NCBI GenBank assembly: GCA_964016885.1
Contig: OZ024743.1
Span: 308,512,001 to 308,576,000 of the forward strand
DNA length: 64,000 nt
Reading direction: 5' to 3'
Origin: Eledone cirrhosa
Taxonomy: Eukaryota
A program made the translations under genes and the position numbers. The notes beneath the pieces were generated by a model. That model was not told where the DNA came from. It was given only the letters and a program-made list of their open reading frames with translations, and did no database searches. This document shows positions 22,863 to 36,697 of the stretch, piece by piece (position 1 is the first letter of the stretch; each line of letters begins with the position of its first letter).

Positions 22863-23684
22863 TATAAACCTTTATGTTTTTGAGACCTTTTTACCAAAGG
22901 CTTATCTTTCATTTGACTTTAATTTGGAATGTTAAGCAAAGGTTAGCATTGGGAACCCTGTCATGGGGGTCCATACTCATCATAAGGTCAGATAATGTTT
23001 TACAGACAGATACCCTTCCTGGTGTCAACCTTTTAGCCACCTCTTACAACACACAGGGATAGATGTACTTATACTAAACTGGATACATGTATAATTGGAG
23101 AAATCAAATTTTTATAATAAAACATGTTTTCTTATATAAAGGAAAGCTTATCAAAATAGTAGAAACATATTTGAAGAATTAAATTGATTCATATTCATAA
23201 GCTAGGAGATCAAATTCTCCTAATCTAAATACATTTTGAAATGTAATTGCCATATTTGTCGATATAATTAATTAATTATTTAATTAGCAAATTGTTACAG
23301 ATGTTTACAATTGCATTTCATTAAATCGAAACAATTGTAGAAATGAATAAATGATTTGAACTCTATAAAGACTTTGATTATTCACCTGAATTCAATTTAT
23401 ATTAACTGAGAACTAAAATATATGTAAAATTGTTTACACAACAAACATTACACACAACATAGAAAATCTGAAGGAAATAAATAAATATCTGAGAATAGGT
23501 GTGAAGAATGGTAGATATATAGATGGATAAAATAGATAAAGCAAAACAATACACAAAACAACAGAACTCTAAAATGGCTATACACAATATGACAGGATAC
23601 TTGGTGGTGGAAGTGAAGAAATGATGCAAAAATGATCTAAATAAAAACTCCAAGCAAAGACAAATGGTAACAAATGAAGCAAAT

Positions 23685-24735
23685 AATAATGCTTTCTGAT
23701 TTAGGTACACGGCCAACAATTTTTGGAGGAGAGGAAGTAGATTAACTTGACACAAGTGCATTACTGGTACTTTATTTAATTGACCCCGCAAGGATGAAAG
23801 GCAAAGTTAACCTCGGCGGGATTTGAACTCAGATCGTAAAGGGTCGTAATTCTGCTGCAAAGCATGGCGTCAGACCCTCTACCGATACTGCCAATCCACC
23901 GCCCTATAAGCAAATAACAATAATAACAAGCAAATAATAATAATAACAACGGTTTCTGATTTAGGCACAAGGACAACAATTTGGGGGGAAAGGAAAGTCG
24001 ATCAAACTGACCCCAGTGCATTACTGGTACTTTATTTTATTGACCCCATAAGGATGAAAGGCAAACTTGATCTTGATAGGATTTAAGCTAAGAATGTAAG
24101 AAGCCGGAATGAATACCACAAAGCATTTTGTCCAATGCCCTAATCCTCTGCCCTATTAATAATAATAATGATTTCTACCTTAGACGCAAGGTCAACAATT
24201 TGGGGAGAGGGAAAAGTCGATTAAATTGACCCCCAGTGCATTACTGGTACTTTATTTTATCGATCCCGTAAGGATGAAAGGCAAAGTTAACCTCTTCGGG
24301 ATTTTAAATCAGAATGCAAAGGGCCACAACTATGCCGCGAAGCATGTTGTTTGACACACTAACGATTTTGCCAATCCGCCAATAATAATAACAACAAAAG
24401 ATTGCTTTGTTGTGCATTGCACACATACTAAAAAAAAATGGTGTGTGTTTAAGGCCCTAGTTGAGACTCTGGTTATCATCACATTTACTATGCAAACCAT
24501 CAATGATAATAATAATGATTTCTGATTTAGGCACAAGGTCAGCAATTTGAAGGGAAGGGAAAAGTTAATTGAATCAACCCCAGTGCGTTACTGGTACTTT
24601 ATTTTATCAATCTTGTAAAGATGAAAGGCAAAGCTAATCTCAGCGGGATTTGAACTCAGAATGTAAAGAGATGTAACTCTCTGCCACGAAGCATGGTGTT
24701 TGTCCGACACTACTGATTACTGCCAATCCACTGAC
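23685..24735 (-). mobile_element. Cluster of four co-oriented tRNA-SINEs with a Nin/Deu-like domain
   Basis: Minus strand: TGGCAGTATCGGTAGAG (A box), GAGTTCAAATCCC (B box), GCCTTTCATCCTTACGGGGTCGATAAAATAAAGTACCAG, tail GGCCTTGTGCCTAAATCAGAAACC(ATT)n. Other copies at about 12480-12630, 18545-18765, 18987-19160, 28908-29090, 53550-53705, 55715-55912(+) and 57775-57950. Confidence 0.85.
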
Positions 24736-25464
24736 CTAATAATAATAATAAAGATATGAGGAAAAGTGTACATGAGAAGTAATTTATGACATAACAGTGA
24801 AAGCAGAGATTGAACAAGAGCAAGCAACGATCAATCTGCTCACCAAAGTAAAGATTTGACAACACCCAAAAAAAGACTAACAACATAACAATATATGAGA
24901 AAAACCCTACCTGCATTACCATGGAGTTAAGTTTGGAAGAGGGAGAGGTGGAGGATGAGGAAAAGAGTTCAGTGCAAGTTATATAAAATGATAAAGGAGG
25001 AGAGGTTGAATAGTTTTTAAAAAGTTACAACAATTAAGATTTAGATAAACTGTTCTTTTTGCAGAAATTGTTTTTGTAAATTGTTTTTTTTTTTGTTTTG
25101 TTTCAGTGATTTGGGCAAGTGTTTTGCATCTTACAAAACCTTTCTTTCAGTCATCGTGCTGAATGTTACTTCAGAAACCTTCTCTCAGAGCTACTGACAC
25201 TTTTCTGGAAAGAAAATATTCAGAGAATGCACCAAACACACAGAAGGAAAATAGGATTTCAATAATTATTAAACTCATTTTAATAAAGTCAAATACAACA
25301 AACACAACAAGCATTTTAAGGCTATTTTCCTTGCTAAAGTAAGGGTTAGTTGCGCATGCCCCTATCACTGGCATCCTACTCATCATGGGGATCCTCTTAG
25401 AGGCAATATTTAATGACTAGATGCCCTTCTTGGTGACAAATCTTTCAGGCACCTCTTACAATAT

Positions 25465-25750
25465 GCAGGGATACAGTGTACCCATTGTAAAATAAATATA
25501 CTCAGAAATACAGTGTATCTCTTCTAAACCAGATATATACAGGAATTCAGTGTACCTGTAGTAAACCACATATACACAAGGATACAGTGTACGTTCAACC
25601 TGGATATATACAGGGTTATGGTGTACCTATTCTAAACCAGATATATACAGGGATACAGTGTATATATTCTAAACCCGATATACACAAGGATATAGTGTAC
25701 CTATTCTAAACCAGATATACACAGGGATACAGTGTACTTATTCTAAAACA
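25465..25750. repeat. ~37-bp minisatellite, about 8 units
   Basis: Unit agggatacagtgtacctattctaaaccagatatacac; single units also occur at about 10646, 12847, 16600 and 23055. Confidence 0.85.
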
Positions 25751-26009
25751 GAGGTTGCCCATGCACTGCGATACTTTCAACCAGTCACGATTCCAATAGT
25801 AGACATCATAAATGCAAGGATCATATATTAGCTCAAGATCTGACTTCATCGCACCAATCTACATTTTCAACAGTACACCTTGCAATTCATGCCATCCCTG
25901 GAGGGGCTTTGGACTATAGTGTGACTATATTGTGGAGTTCACTTCATAGGCAATGAAATGTGTGACCAAACAAAGAAATCATGATATATTACTACTGACT
26001 GACTAAGCG

Positions 26010-26455
26010 TTATCATCATCTTCTGGTTTAATGTCTTCTTTACTTGTCACAAACATTGGATGTTTTGGAAGCCTCTTCCAAAGCATCTCTCCAGAGTGTT
26101 TGATCCAGGTTCCTAACCATCCCTGATTACCTCTTCCCAGGTCTGACGTGGGCACCCATTTCACTGCCTACCAGGGGTCATAATCTTAGTACATTGGTGT
26201 ATCTACCCACCATCCAGGTCTTATGTATGTGCCCCCTTCCCTGTCTACCAGAGACCACAATATCCACCCACCATCTAGGTCTTACATGGTCGCCCTCTTC
26301 CCTGTCTAACAGGGACCACAGTATCCCCCTCACCATCCAGGTCTTACATGAGTGCCCCCTTCCCTGTCTACCAGGGACCACAGTATCCACCCACCATCCA
26401 GGTCTTACATGGGTGCCCCCTTCCTTGTCTACCAGGGACCACAGTATCTATCCAG
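26010..26455 (-). repeat. ~61-bp minisatellite (about 5 units) continuous with an RTE 3' remnant
   Basis: Unit ccaggtcttacatgggtgcccccttccctgtctaccagggaccacagtatccacccaccat; the reverse strand reads VPGRQGRGHxxKTW, followed by a (GAT)n tail near 26012. Confidence 0.8.
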
Positions 26456-26890
26456 TCATTAAACTCTAAAATAACATGACACAATAGAGAAACTAGTAAA
26501 CATTATGAAATCATTTCTCCACTTAAACATGTCAGAACATAGCAGAAATGATGTTTTCATAAGCTAAGAGATTGACACACTTTATAAAGTTTAACTGAAA
26601 TACATTCCAGCATTCAATTTATTCCCAAATCTACCGTCCATTTTGTATTGTCACAGCCTTCAAACAACACACTGCTTTAAAAGAGAATTAAACTATTCAA
26701 GTAGTCACTTAACTTTTTTGACACCCAATCTCATGTAACTACTCTTAATTCTATGGTACACTAGACCACCCATGACCCAACGGGTCACGTTCACTTAATA
26801 TTTTTTTAAAATCATGTTTACTTAAAAATAATTTTTAAATAATTAGAATATACAGACAGGTATATAATGTAAAATGAAATTGGAAGGCCC

Positions 26891-26926
<36 letters not shown>

Positions 26927-27865
26927 ACATATATACATACATATATATATATACATACAGGAAGGGCATCCATCCGTAGAAAACCTGCCAGACAGTCCTA
27001 TATGAGCGAGACGACCAATCTTGCCTCAAGTGGAACAATTCCCATCTAAACCCATGCTATCGTGGAAGATAGACGTTAAACGATGATGAGGATTATGATA
27101 TACATACATATATACACACACATACACACTTGGAAACCCTTCCAATTTAGCAGGTAATATTTGCTACACACATCCTGTCCTAACACAAGTTATGATACAC
27201 ATGACTTAATATTTAGTCACCAGATTTGAGCTAGATACACTAATGCTGTATTCGATTCTTTGAAGTCACTTGTTATAATTTCATTCAACAACACCACCAA
27301 CTCTTTCCCATTTTCCTTCTCTCTCTCTATGTCTATCTTTTAATCTACTCTCTCACAACCACCGTCTCTCTCCCTCTATTTATGAAGGTACCCGGAAAAA
27401 CCCCGTATCTTGGGAACCCGCGTGCTGATTTACGTGTAACTTGTTTTATTCCATTTGTATACCCATTTCAAGGGCAACTTCCTTTCAAAGTATTTTCCCA
27501 TGGCTGTATTAAATTACAAGCACACAATCATAGAGTTTTAGTAGCATATAAATAACTTTGCTTTAAAGTGTAAAGATTTATCTGAAACCCATCATAATTT
27601 TATGGAAGAATATTTGCAAAGTTATACTCCAAACACTGGTATGATAATGACAAAGTTAGTTATATTACTAAATCCCTCCGAATTCTTGATTATTTCAAAA
27701 TTATAAACAGTGCTTTCCATTAGTAAATCCCTCAAATTCTTCATCAATTAATTGGGTGCATTTCATTAGAATTACGGTCACAAAAAGGGTTAAACTCTCA
27801 TGATCAAATCCCATGCTTAGTTAGGGGAAAATGTGATCTTTGTTTGCAGGTAAGGTTATAACTAT

Positions 27866-27905
27866 CTATGGACATGTTTCTGTCTATTCAACCTCATCAG
27901 CATAG
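27866..27905 (-). ncRNA. Minimal type I hammerhead ribozyme motif (Penelope-type), stem II degenerate
   Basis: CUAUG-CUGAUGA-GGUUGAAUAGACA-GAAA-CAUG-UC^CAUAG: complete catalytic core, 5-bp stem I, palindromic ACAUGU stem III. Confidence 0.7.
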
Positions 27906-29191
27906 TATATTATACTGAAAACTGCTTTAATCAGTTGACAAAGATTTCTACATATTGAACAAACAAAAAGTTATAAATTTTTGGTGAGTATAATCTCTAT
28001 AATTGAAAAATAAAATAAACTAGGGGAAATAACTAAAATGAGCCAATGGTATGAATTTTGATAACTGGTTTAAAGTTGTTATGAACGTCGTATGCAACAA
28101 AATTTTTAGTTGAAGAAAGAAAACAAAATCCTAATAGCAGTTGTTAACTCTCAAAGAAAAGGTGAGATAATTTTTAGAATTTATTAATTTTTCAAAGTCA
28201 ATCCAGCCCACACTGTAAATGTGGTTGGCGTTAGGAAAGGCACCCAGCTGTAGAAACAAAGCTAGAAACAGTTCAGCATGAGCAAGGCACTGTCTTCTGA
28301 TCTGACTAGTCTCACAATGGGACAACTCGTCTAACCCATGCTAGATTGGAAAATGGATGTTAGATGATCAAGATGAATTTACATGTTATGGGGAAAAGAT
28401 TATGTCCCAAAGTTCAGCCACATGTGTGGAAGAAACCCTAAAAATTTTATCTTTTTTTCAGACAAGAGACAACTTTGCTTGTTATAATTTTGTAAATTCT
28501 ATGGACCAAAAATTATTCATAACTTTTTTCTACATTGTTAATGTTATGCTAAGGAGAGCCAACATTCTGGACAGGAAAGACTAGAGGTAGTGACTAGTGT
28601 AAATGCACTATAGAGGATGAGTAGAGGAGTGTGTCTTAAAGGAGATGGCATGAAAGCAACATGGGGGAAGAGACCATTCTGACAGGTGTAGAATAGACAG
28701 AAAGAGAGAGGAAAAAGTATATCTGTGGGTGAGAAGCTAGAGAATGTCTGTGGTGGCTTTAAACTAATTATTCATGGTTTTACGAAATAAAGAAGTGAAA
28801 GTACAGTCATAGACGACAACCAAAACTACCTCTTTAACATAGGCATAAGGGAGTTACCATATAAAGGGTATGTTGTGTGTATTTTAGATATATTGAGATA
28901 TATAATAATTGTTTCTACTTTTGGCACAAGGCCAGCAATTATCCAGTGCATTACTGGTACTTTATTTTATCAAACCCTATAAGGATGATAGGTTAACCTC
29001 GGCAGGATTTGAACTCAGAACGTAAAGGACCATAACTATGAGAGAAGCATGGTGTCTGATGCTCTACCGATACTGCCAATCTACCACCCTTAACTATAAT
29101 AATGCATTAAACTATGGCTAGCAAATAAATACATTAAAACGCAAGATGAAAAGAAATCTGTGAAATGCTCAGGTATGCTTGAATTAATTAT

Positions 29192-29233
29192 ACTATGCTG
29201 ATGAGGTATAAAAGCCTGAAACATGTCTATAGT
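29192..29233 (+). ncRNA. Minimal type I hammerhead ribozyme motif (Penelope-type), stem II degenerate
   Basis: ACUAUG-CUGAUGA-GGUAUAAAAGCCU-GAAA-CAUG-UC^UAUAGU: complete core, 6-bp stem I with one G-U, palindromic ACAUGU stem III. Confidence 0.7.
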
Positions 29234-29460
29234 TGCCACTAAGCCAGCTAACAAATTTTAGGCTCTCTCTTCAGCATGTAGAGAACTGTCATATGTGAAT
29301 TTCACAAAGTTTAACTAATTGCTTAAAAGCCTGATTCTTCTGTTCAATTGCATATCTTCAAATCTTCTCTGCCTTTTCCTTTTACACTTCTTTATTCCCC
29401 CATGATATTATTATCATCATTATAGCTGCTGTGTTTCCTTCTTGATTTTATAAGTATATG

Positions 29461-29760
29461 TCATCATCATCATCACCGTTTTACGTTCGTTCTTCCATGC
29501 TAGCATGGGTTAGACGGGTTGTCCTGTTGTGGGCAGTGTCTGGTCGGCTGACCATGCCTTGCTCATACAGGAACTGATTTTGGCTCGATTTCTACAGCTG
29601 GATGCCCTTCCTAACACCAACCTCATTTACAGTGAGTGCTGGGTGCTTTTTTCCGTGGCGCCTACACGTCCACTTTAGTGTGGGCTGGGTGCTTTTTTTG
29701 CCGTGGCACCTCCACGACAACTTTGCAGTGGGAGGGTGTGGGGGCATATTGTCTATATGT
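29461..29760 (-). mobile_element. RTE 3'UTR fragment with (GAT)n tail
   Basis: Near-identical to 45705-46000. Confidence 0.85.
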
Positions 29761-29779
29761 AACAGATAATATTCGTTAA

Positions 29780-31000
29780 ACATCAAAATAGAGGATTTGA
29801 AAGGGAGTAAGTAAACCTTGACAATTGGAACCTGAAACATCACAACCCTTACAGGTAAGGAGCAGGAACTGGTGGAGGAGGCTAGATATTACTGGCTAGA
29901 TATAGTCAGGGTTTCCTTAACTATGTTCCGTGGCTCTGGTACTACAGTATCAGATTTGGATGAAGGATGGAAACTCCACTATTCAAGTGTGGTGCCAGAA
30001 ATTACAGTGGGAGAATGGATACTCACAAGCCCCTGGCTGTCAGAATGTGTTATGGACTGAATACCATTAGGAGGGCTGAGAGATAGGTCTCTGTGGGTGG
30101 TGCAAGTTTATGCACCAAATAAGTTGTCCGAATACAGCTCCTTCTTGATGAAATCACTGCAGTGTTAGATGCAGTTAAGACTCCTAATGGCAGACTTCAA
30201 TGCTCATGTTGGCACTGACCACCTGACATGGAAAGGAGTGATTGGAAGGAACAGCGATCCTGATCTGAATGGAGAGGTCTTATTAGGCTTCTGTTCTAGC
30301 AATGGGCTCTCTAATATGAACACCTTCATCCAGCACAGAGACATCTATAAATATACAAGGTTTAAGGGGAATCAGGGACAAAGATCAACAATTGATTTTG
30401 TTATTTTCTCTGATCTCTTCAATTCTGTGCTGGATGTTCGTGTTAAGAGAGGGGCTGAGCTGTCAACTGATCACCATCTAGTTATCTGCAACTTGGGACT
30501 ACCTAAAGCCAAAGAAGCCCACACAATAGGCAGGTCCAGAAGTGAGAAGCGTTGGTGAATAAGAACGTCAAGGCCAGATATCTTCACATTCAGAGAACTT
30601 CCTGAGCAAACTGAGGACATTGAAACAGAGTGGAGATTGTCCAGCTCAGCAGTTTCCACTTCAGCTGTTAAATGCTGTGGGCGAAAGAGTCTTTGTGTGG
30701 CACAGCATGGCAGGAGGACTCCTTCGTTCAAGCGAGAGGTCAAAGATGCCATCTGAACAAAGAAGGAGGCCTACAAAGCTTGGCTTGGAAATAAGTCTTA
30801 TTTCTTGCACTTGCAGTACAAGCAGGCACGAAGAATTGCAGCAGTGTTAGTAAAGGCATCCAAAGTTAAGACATGGAATCTGACTTCAGATTAGCAAATA
30901 AAGTGTTCTAACAGACCATTCGCCAACTACATAAGACCTCGTCACCTGCTATCATGTGCATTCTCGCGAGGTGGAGAGGATACTGGATTAGTTGGAAATG
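29780..31000 (+). mobile_element. Decayed RTE/Expander-like LINE, AP-endonuclease region
   Basis: LTIGT*NITTLTGKEQELVEEA, DFNAHVG, MNTFIQH, RSTIDFVI and VKRGAELSTDHHLV, with stops and deletions. Confidence 0.85.
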
Positions 31001-31785
31001 GCTGTTTCTGACAGGCCCCACTGGAAGTAGTGTTTGAGGACTCTTCTCCCCACGATCTTCTCAAGAATAAGTGGGAGGAGGGGGAAAAGAAGACAATCCT
31101 TTCAATACCATTTTGAAAATAATAAAATCATTCATAGAGATTTAATAATGTAACTTGCTCTTTATTAAGTTGATGTTTGGAGACAAAATGAGTTAAGGAT
31201 TGGGATTTATGGTTAAAGTTTAGGATTTGGATTTAGGATTAGAATTCAAGGGAGAAAAAAACCCCAAAAAACTATCAATTCAAACACCAAGTGCGGCAAT
31301 CGATGAGGCAAGCTAACACACACGCAGCATTACAGCGGGTTATGGCGGGGCTAAGGTGCTAAAACAACAAAACACCCTCATCTGACACCTTGGTAAAGCG
31401 AACCGCTAACGATGACAAAATCGTTGGCACCGGCCCAGCTCCCCAAAACGTCACAGGCAGGAAACAGTTATTTGATAATTCTCTTCTCGGTATTTTAGGA
31501 GGATCATATGATAATAAACTTGATGTAAATGGTTAGAGAGAAATAGCAATTTCTGTCGACAAATAACATTCAATATTTATTCATACTCACACCCATATAA
31601 TATATATATTCCGTCATTCGTTTTTCATTTATATGAGGATAAATACATGGAATTTATATTTTAAAAACACCCAAATAAAAAAATAATTGTCGACTGAGAA
31701 AATAGCCGGTGTGGATATCCAAATATTTGTAAAAGCAAGCTTTAACTATAAATAAATAATATATATATGAGTGTTTGTGTACACG

Positions 31786-31819
<34 letters not shown>

Positions 31820-32424
31820 TATACATACACATGTATATTTTACAATCGATATATTGGGTGTTGCATATATATATTCTTACCTTAATAATTCACTTTTTAT
31901 CTAGCGACGTGGTCGGCATTTATGTGGAACAAACAGCGTACAACGTATATTACTCACACTAAAACTCAAAAGATCGGATTTTGATAATTTGTTAAATTAT
32001 TTCAATCTAATAGGAATCAAAAATGTTGACTGTTATAAAGAAAGTTGTTATAGAAACTAGAAAAAAAATGACGAACCTCTTCCGGAGCAATCATAAGATT
32101 TCAGATTTTGTAACAATCCAAAGGGTTGATAAAAAATTCGGCTATATAAATTCCGAAAAAAGAATTCAGCATTTACTTTAGTTAAATATATTAATTTTTT
32201 CCTTAAAAGTATCACTATTGTTTTATGATTAACTGGTGGAAATAAGAATTTGGAAATAAAAAAAAAGAAGTAAAACTTCTTGAATTGTAGCAATAATTTA
32301 ATGTCATATTTACAATTAAAAGAATTTATGTATGTATCTCACACACATATGCACTAGGACATGTGCATGTATAGCAAAATACACTCTTGCTACACATGCA
32401 TCAGCATTGTTGAACGTCCACAAA

Positions 32425-33362
<938 letters not shown>

Positions 33363-33615
33363 ATAGTAATAATAATAAAATTGAAGACTAAAATCCAAAG
33401 AGGGCTCGATAAGGAAAATACATATCAAATATATAAGAACCGTAGAGCAAATATTTATTAAAATAACAGATTAAAGTTTAAGCAAAGAATCGCTGCTTTC
33501 ACCCTTAACGGGATCTTCTGAAACTAACAAAGTCAATCTGTAAACGCAGAACTGGATATTTCAAAAAACGTTGCAACCGGAGGAAGACAGGAAGACGATA
33601 CTTTAGTTCGTGGTA

Positions 33616-33877
33616 ACGTTCGCTGGCAAAGAACGGGAAAAAACGAATAATACGTCATTAATAGGAGCGGTGAAAAACAATTACGCGCAAAGACAGAACC
33701 ACGTTTATGGTATAAAAGAGGTCGTAGACTAATGTTCTCTTAGGTGGTGCATAGAGACGTTCACTGGCAATGAACGAAAAAACGAAGATAATAAGTCATA
33801 TGTGGAGCGTGGAGAACAATAGCACGCAAAGACAAAACCACGTAAATGGTATAGCAGAAATCGTAGACTAAAATTCT
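33616..33877. repeat. ~140-bp diverged tandem duplication of CpG-rich unique sequence
   Basis: acgttc(g/a)ctggcaa...ggagcg...cgcaaagaca.aaccacgt...atggtata...tcgtagactaa occurs at 33616-33738 and 33757-33877. Confidence 0.8.
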
Positions 33878-34339
33878 AACTAGGAGACCAAATGAATCTC
33901 CGCTACAGAGTTAAGAACAAAGTAAATAAATACAATACAGAAGTAATAGAAACAAATAAATACATACACGCAAACAGATACGTACATACACAAGCATACG
34001 CAAAACCTTACCATAGGTATACAAAACCACGCACATATAAATATGTGTGTGTGTGTATGCTTGTGTACAAATAAATAAATAATTATATAAACGTATATAA
34101 GTAAATAAATACGTATATAACAAGCGCACACGCATACCTACATATAAATACACGAATGTTCGGAGACGTAAGTCAACTAAAACAAGAAGTACACATATAC
34201 ACACACCCACCATACGTACGAACCATCATACTCACGCGGACGCAAAACTCTCGTATACACATAGCCAAACCCTAAATACCAGAATATGTAAAAATTATAC
34301 GCCAGAACAGTCAAATATACGTACGAGAAGGTATACATA

Positions 34340-34387
<48 letters not shown>

Positions 34388-34888
34388 ATACAATAACAGA
34401 GATAGTTTAAAGCTAATCTCTGACTGGTAACCATCTCACTCAACAAACATTAGGTTATATTTTAATATAAACCCAATTTAAGTGTTTGGGGTGCTAACAA
34501 TATGTATTATGTGGAAAAGCCAGTTGTATTATTTTATGAGATATAATTAAAGTTAAAATATATCTCTCTTTCCAAACAATTGTTTCATTATAAGTTTTCT
34601 ACAAATTCGGAGAATATTTCCAGTTTATGTAGAAGCCTAATATACATTCATGTAAGAATATATTTAGGTGGGCGTTTATAAATCATCAGTGGAAGCCCAT
34701 TAAACTTTGATATAAGAAAAAAAAATTTCTTACCGTAGTTAAAAATCGTGTCTGTTAAGTTGCTCCTTCCCGCATCGAGTGACCGGCAAATTTGAAATTC
34801 CAGCAGTTTTTGACTGAGGAAGTATCATAACGTCACTAGGCGGGAAGGGGAGACAATCACGATCCACGAAAGGAGGAAAAAAATAATA

Positions 34889-35264
34889 TACACGCGGGTT
34901 AAACAGTTTTTTCGAAAACATTATCAATCCACCGTGTTAAGAACTCAATTGAAATTAAAAAATAAATATATGCATGTATAAATTACACACGCATATCGAT
35001 ATTTTCTTAGGCTAAATAAGAGGTTGTACCTGAATAAGAAACCGCATCTCGTAACCGTAGTAAATACGGAAAGTTATGCTTTAAAGGGCAAATGGGAATG
35101 TAAATCTCCGGCCGAATTAAGAGTAAAATATAAAACACACGCGGGTTAATTAGTTATTACAAAACTAATATCAATTCCTCGTGTAAAGAACTCAATTAAT
35201 TAAAAAAAATAAATGTATGCATGTAATTATATACATAGGCATATATATATTTTCTTAGGCTAAA
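34889..35264. repeat. ~128-bp diverged direct repeat
   Basis: acacgcgggttaa...aagaactcaatt...tatgcatgta...attttcttaggctaaa at 34889-35015 and 35137-35264. Confidence 0.8.
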
Positions 35265-35269
35265 AAACA

Positions 35270-36697
<1,428 letters not shown>

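Noticed and set aside
26100-26455. Regularly spaced repeats here and at 25465-25750 resembling CRISPR arrays
   Set aside because: The units are contiguous with no unique spacers, there are no cas genes, and the context is eukaryotic.
27843-27856. TTTGCAG|GTAAGG recursive-splice-like site
   Set aside because: It is on the plus strand, opposite to GPAA1, with no plus-strand gene supported here.
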